IMG/VR virus record: IMGVR_UViG_3300020445_001256
Location: 23,448-87,447 of that record
DNA length: 64,000 bases
Direction: 5' to 3' (one strand)
DNA from: a virus
Position 1 is the first letter of the stretch; every line of letters starts with the position of its first letter. The notes under the pieces are model-generated. The model was not told where the DNA came from. It saw only the letters and a list, made by a program, of their open reading frames with translations, and made no database searches. Both the position numbers and the translations under genes were made by a program. Below are positions 40,601 through 46,600 of the stretch, piece after piece.

Positions 40601-43600
40601 CATACATTTGTATCTGCTACTGCTAATTGTATAACCTCTGGTCATGGAATGACTAATGGGTCTCCAATTAAGATTGCTGATAGTTCACTATCATTCAGTT
40701 GCACTGAAGGTAGTGGTGGTACATATGCATACCCAAGAGCAACTGACCCAGTTTCTAAGAGATGGTTATTCATCAATAATGTAACTGATTCATCATTCGA
40801 TGTTAATGTTCTAGATACAATTCCTTCAACCAATGTAACTACACATACATGGATTAGTGCTGTTGCTAATGGTATTATTGAAGGTGATCCTATTGTCGGA
40901 CAAGCAGTTCCTGTTGAATCTGTAACTTCTACAACTATTACAATTAATCCTCTTGATGGTGATGTTCCAACTAATACATCTGCTCATACATTTGAGAAGT
41001 TAAACACATATCAATTCCAACCATCTGCTATTACTTACACTCCATCGACAGGTGTAATGTCAGTAACTTCAACAGCTCATAAGATTGAAGAAAATGATAA
41101 GATCTTTATTAAGGATAATTCACTTTCATTCAAGTGTAATATGGGTGATGATGCTGGTATTCATACTTATCCTCGTGAGTCAGATCCAGTTTCTAATAAG
41201 TGGATCACTGCTACCAATGTAACTGCAAATACATTTGATGTTAATGTTGGTGCTACACCTAATATCTTCTTCACTCCTTCCGATGCGACATATAATCCAA
41301 CAACAGGTATTATGTCACTTACGATTGGTAATCACGATCTAAGACCTGGTAGTAGTGTTAAGTTAAGTCAAGAATCATTAACATTTAAGTGTGCTCATGA
41401 TTCATATGCAACTAACCATTCATATCCAAGAAATACAATATTAACTCACACACCAACTGATGCTGATTATCATCCTGATACAGGTATCATGACATTGACT
41501 GTCAATAATCATAAGATGGGTGATGGTGATTGGGTCAAGATTGCTGATGGTGCTGTAACATTCAAATGCACATATGGTGCTGGTGTTCATACATGGACTG
41601 GTGGTACTGCAACTGGTGCTGTTCAAGTTCAAGAAGCAGGTTTAGGAAACTTTGATGTTACTGGTGCTGACTATAATGCCTTAACAGGTGATATGGTATT
41701 GACAGTTGGATCTCATTCAATTACAACTGGTAACACAGTTAAGATTGTTGCTAACTCATTAACATTCAGTTGTGATCTTGATGCTAACGCAACGAACCAC
41801 ACATATCCTCGTGCAACTGACCCTGCATATGATACTGCTCTTGCAATATCTGCTGTAAGTGGTACAACAATTACAGTTAACGTTGGTGTAAGTTCACCTG
41901 GAACTGCATATCCTCGTGCTTCTGATCCTGTTAGTGGTAAGTGGATTAAGGTATCTAATACAACTACAAATACATTTGATGTTCAACTTTTAGACATCGT
42001 TCCTTCAACAAACACAAGTATTCATACATTTGTTTCTGCTGTTACTAATGGAATTAGTCAGAAGAAAGATAGTGCTTATGATTCTCCAATTGAGATTGTT
42101 GATACTACTGCTACAACTATTGATCTTAAAGTTGTTAAGAAATTACCTTCAACAAACACAACCAATCATATATTTGTATCTGCTGCATCTAATGCGGTCA
42201 TATCTGGTGGTTCATATACACACACCTTTGTTACAGCAGACCCAGATGCTATTACTAGATCTATAGTACATACTGGTGGTAATTATAATCATGTATTTAC
42301 ATCATCCTTGACTGATGGTGTAATAACTGGTGGTAACTATGTTCACACCTTTGTATCTGCTGAAACTAACGGTATTAAATGTGCTGGTGATTCAGTTTAT
42401 CTAACTCCTGGATCACTTACATTTAAGTGTGCTCAGGATAATTATGATAGACCTACTGCATATCCTAGAACCACAGATCCTTCTTACAATCAACTATTAG
42501 AAATTAAAGAGGTAACTGGTGATACATTTACTATTGATGTTGGTGCTGCTGCAGATAAGAATCAATATGCTCATACATGGGTAAGTTCTGCACAGGGTGC
42601 TGTTAAGAAGTCTGATTACAATCTTAGAGATTGCACAGATGTATTCACTACAGTTGGTAACTTAGTTGACATACTTACAGATACACTAACAAATGCTAAT
42701 GCAACTCCTGTTGTTGATCATCTAGCAAGTGTTACTAAGGTTACACCACCTTATAAGTTCTACGGTGCAACTGTTGATGCATTTAATGAGACTCCATTCC
42801 CAGTATCATATCATAGTTCTGCTAACGATATTATCGTTACAAATCAAATTGATGAAGATACTCAATATAGATTCCGTGATGCTGCATACTTAGTTCGTGC
42901 AAATGCTGGTGTTATCGTTGATAAGGCATCATATGATATGCTTCAACGTTATCCAGATCTTGCTATTAGTATGCCAAGAAATGCTAATGGAACATCTACA
43001 GATGGTACTGTTCGTTGTAAGCAAGATTTACTTGAGATCGTTACTGCAATTGCTACTGATCTTGAAAATGGTGGTAACTTACAGACACTAAAAGCTGCTA
43101 AGTTCTATATCGGTGTTAACGGTGGATTACAGCATATTCGTTTACAAGTATTCCAATCTGCATACGCACATACTCGCCTTGGAGTTTATCTTAAGCAAGC
43201 AATTACAGGTGATTTAACATACGATAATACTGATAATATTATTGTTCGTGACTGGGGTATTACTGATAATAGTAGTTCTGGTAACTGTGCTAATGTTCAA
43301 ACTGCTATTGACACATTAATTACATCAGTTAATGATTTAATCGCACCTACAGATAGTGATTACGCACTTGCTGCAGATAGACTTTACTTCAATAAGGACT
43401 TCATTGCTGAAGAAATTACTGGTCTTACAACCGCATACTTCACTTATGATTTGAATGGTGTTAATTATTCAGCACTTACATATCCTGGATCTACTGGAGA
43501 AACCACATGTCGTAGAGACCTTAAGTTAATCTTAGATGGTATTATATCTGATTTACAAACTGGTGGTAATGAAAGTACTATTATTGCAATGGAGACATAT

Positions 43601-46600
43601 TTGAGTGCTACATTACAAATTGAGCAAGTTGATGATGAATTAGCAGCAACTATCTACGCTATTGATAGACTAAGACATATCGGTGAATTTGCTATTAAGG
43701 ATAAAGTATTCTCACAAAATGAAGGATCAGGTGCTGCTGATGAATATGAAGCAGTTCATACTAACAGAGCAGAATATAGAGATGGATTAAGTGCAACTAA
43801 TAATATCCTCAATCCTGTTTATCATTACCGTGATCTTTGCGATATCGCAATTAATATTCTCGCTCCTGGTGGTAAGGCAGCAAGAAGTGCTGTTAAGCAA
43901 CTTAAGTACAACCAAAATTACTATAAGGAAGAATTAACTACTCTTGTTAATTCACAGTTTGGTGCTGGATCTTGGACTTATAATACATTCATTGATGAAA
44001 TGGTTGGTAATACTGTCCATGACATCATTACAACTGACTTTAATAAGACAAGAATTGCTTACACTATACAATTATCTAATACATTCAATGAATATGTTGC
44101 TGGAGAAACTATTGTTTCTAGTAACAATGGTAAAGCAACTGTTCTAGAGTGGAATAGTGATGAAGAGATATTATATGTTTCTTCATGGACTGGTAATAAG
44201 TTTGAACCAACTCAGATATTAATTGGTGCAGATTCTAATGCATACGGAACTGTTGCTGCTAATGGAGTTAGTGCTCCATATACTTGGTATACAGAACCTG
44301 CTAATCTTAAAGCTATTAATTCTGCAAGATTAATTACTTCTAATATTGCTGGTCAAATTGCTGGAACTAATATAGCATCTAACTCAGAAAACTTTACAAC
44401 TGGATGGACAAATACAGGTACGTCTGTATCTGCAGATCAACTTGATTCACCAGATAGCACAGCTACTGCAGATAAGATAATTGCTACTGCTGTTGCAGGT
44501 GAACACTTTATTCATCAAAACTTCTCTATTAGTGCTTTTGAAACATTTGATAGTGATGCAGTTAAGTTTGATAACACTAATGAAACATTTGACACTGGTG
44601 CTGTTGGAACTGCTCAATCTCAGCAGTATACATTCTCAGTCTTCTTGAAGAAGGGTGAATTTAATAGAGTTCGTGTTCAAATGGGTCTTGATACTGGAGC
44701 TGCTGGTGAACAGTTAGCATTCTTCGATCTTAACCTTACAGATGGAACATTTGGTGGAATATTCACTCCTGGTAATGGTATTACGATTGATGCTTTTGGA
44801 ACTATTCCTTATGGTAATGGTTGGTATAGAGCATACATTACAGGTACATTCTCCTTCGGATTTGGTGAAATTAGACCACTAATTTATGTTAGAGATGCTG
44901 CAGGTAATGCTCAGTATACTGGTGACGGTAGTTCTGGAGTATATGTTTGGGGTATGAAACTCTTTAAGGGTATTCTTGATCCTTATCAATCTGCTGCTGG
45001 TCAGGTATTCTATGCTGATACAGAGTATAACATTAAGACTTACGCATTAGATCTATTACAAGATTATATGATTAAGGCACTTACAGGATCTCTAATATCA
45101 CCTTCCACAAACTCAGGATTCTATTCATACTTTGATAATACACTTGATACTGATTATAAGTATCGCTCAATTGAAAGATTAGTTAGATATAACTTAAATA
45201 TTATTCGCGAACAATTAACAGTTGATAGTTACTATACAACTCTTACTACAACGAATGGAGTTTCTATTCCTACTAAGACTTATGGAACTAGAAGTATTCC
45301 CGCAGGTATTACTGGTGGACTACAAAATTCAATTTATGTTTATGGACTTCAAAGTGATGCTAATGCTGAAATTGAAGAAATTAGTGAGAACTCAGGTAAG
45401 GTTGTTCAAGTTTACCAGAGATTTAGAATTGATGGTGATATAACTGACGGTCCATTCACTATGAATGAAGTAGTTGCTAAACTCGGTAATAATTCTATTA
45501 CTGGTGTTGTTTATGGATACCATTTTGATGAGAACTACAAGTACCTAGATGTTAAAGTTACTGCTGGTCCTTGGGCAGTTACAGACCAAGTTGTTGGTGC
45601 TACTAACTCAACTACTGCACAGATCAGTGCTATAGAAGATAGACTTCATATCATTGATGTTAAGGGACAATTTGAGAATGATATCCCATTCAAGGGTTAT
45701 GCAAGTTCTGCTACAGCATCACCTACTGGTTACATTAAGGCAGAAGCTTCTATAACAGATAACACTGGTGGAACATTAACCGTTGATACTGAATCATTAA
45801 CAGGAACATTTGAAGCAACATCTGTTGTTTACCCATCATCTTCGAGACAATATATAGACGTATCTAAATACGCTGGTCTTGATATAACGGTTGGTGATAG
45901 AATTGCTTCGGGTGGATATAAGAGATTTGGTATTTCTGTTCTAAGTGGACTTAATAGTTTCACTCAAGGTAATAGACTTTATAAGGTTGTTTCTGGTATT
46001 CAAGATCCTCTCACATACGGTATTATCACTGAAGTTGATCTTGATAATAGTTACATCTATGTCGCAGAATACCAAGGAACATTTACGCAGGGTGATGTTA
46101 TAGGTGACTATGGCACAAATGCTTCGTTCCCGATTGGTTACGCAACAATTCTAACGATTGTTACTACTCAAGGTGCTGCTGCAGGACTCGTACAGGATAT
46201 TCGTGATATTGCTCTGAATAAGAGAATATATCTCACAGACGTAGCAGGAACATTTGACGATAAAGATTTCATTATCGGTCCTGACGCTTACAGGTCTGTA
46301 GTTCTTGGAATCACTGAAATTAAGGCACGTGTTAAGCGTTCCTTCAAGGGATTTGATGGAACTACAACTACGTTCCCACTAACAATTAATACAGGAACAT
46401 CTTACTTACCTGATCCTGCAGGTCATATGTTAATATTCCTTAATGGTATATTACAACCTCCAGGCGCAACTAACGCATATACAGCGTTCTCCAACCAGAT
46501 TCAGTTTACTGAAGCACCAGAACTAGGTGCATCCTTCACAGGATTCTACGTTGGTAAATTGAGACAGTTGGATGATATATCCTTCGAGTTTGACTCCTTA

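Noticed and set aside
35939-42613. Inteins, introns or misassembly as the cause of the scrambled repeat order
   Set aside because: There are no intein C/S...HN termini or endonuclease motifs, the frame is uninterrupted, the units are divergent, and the segments balance, which a misassembly is unlikely to produce.
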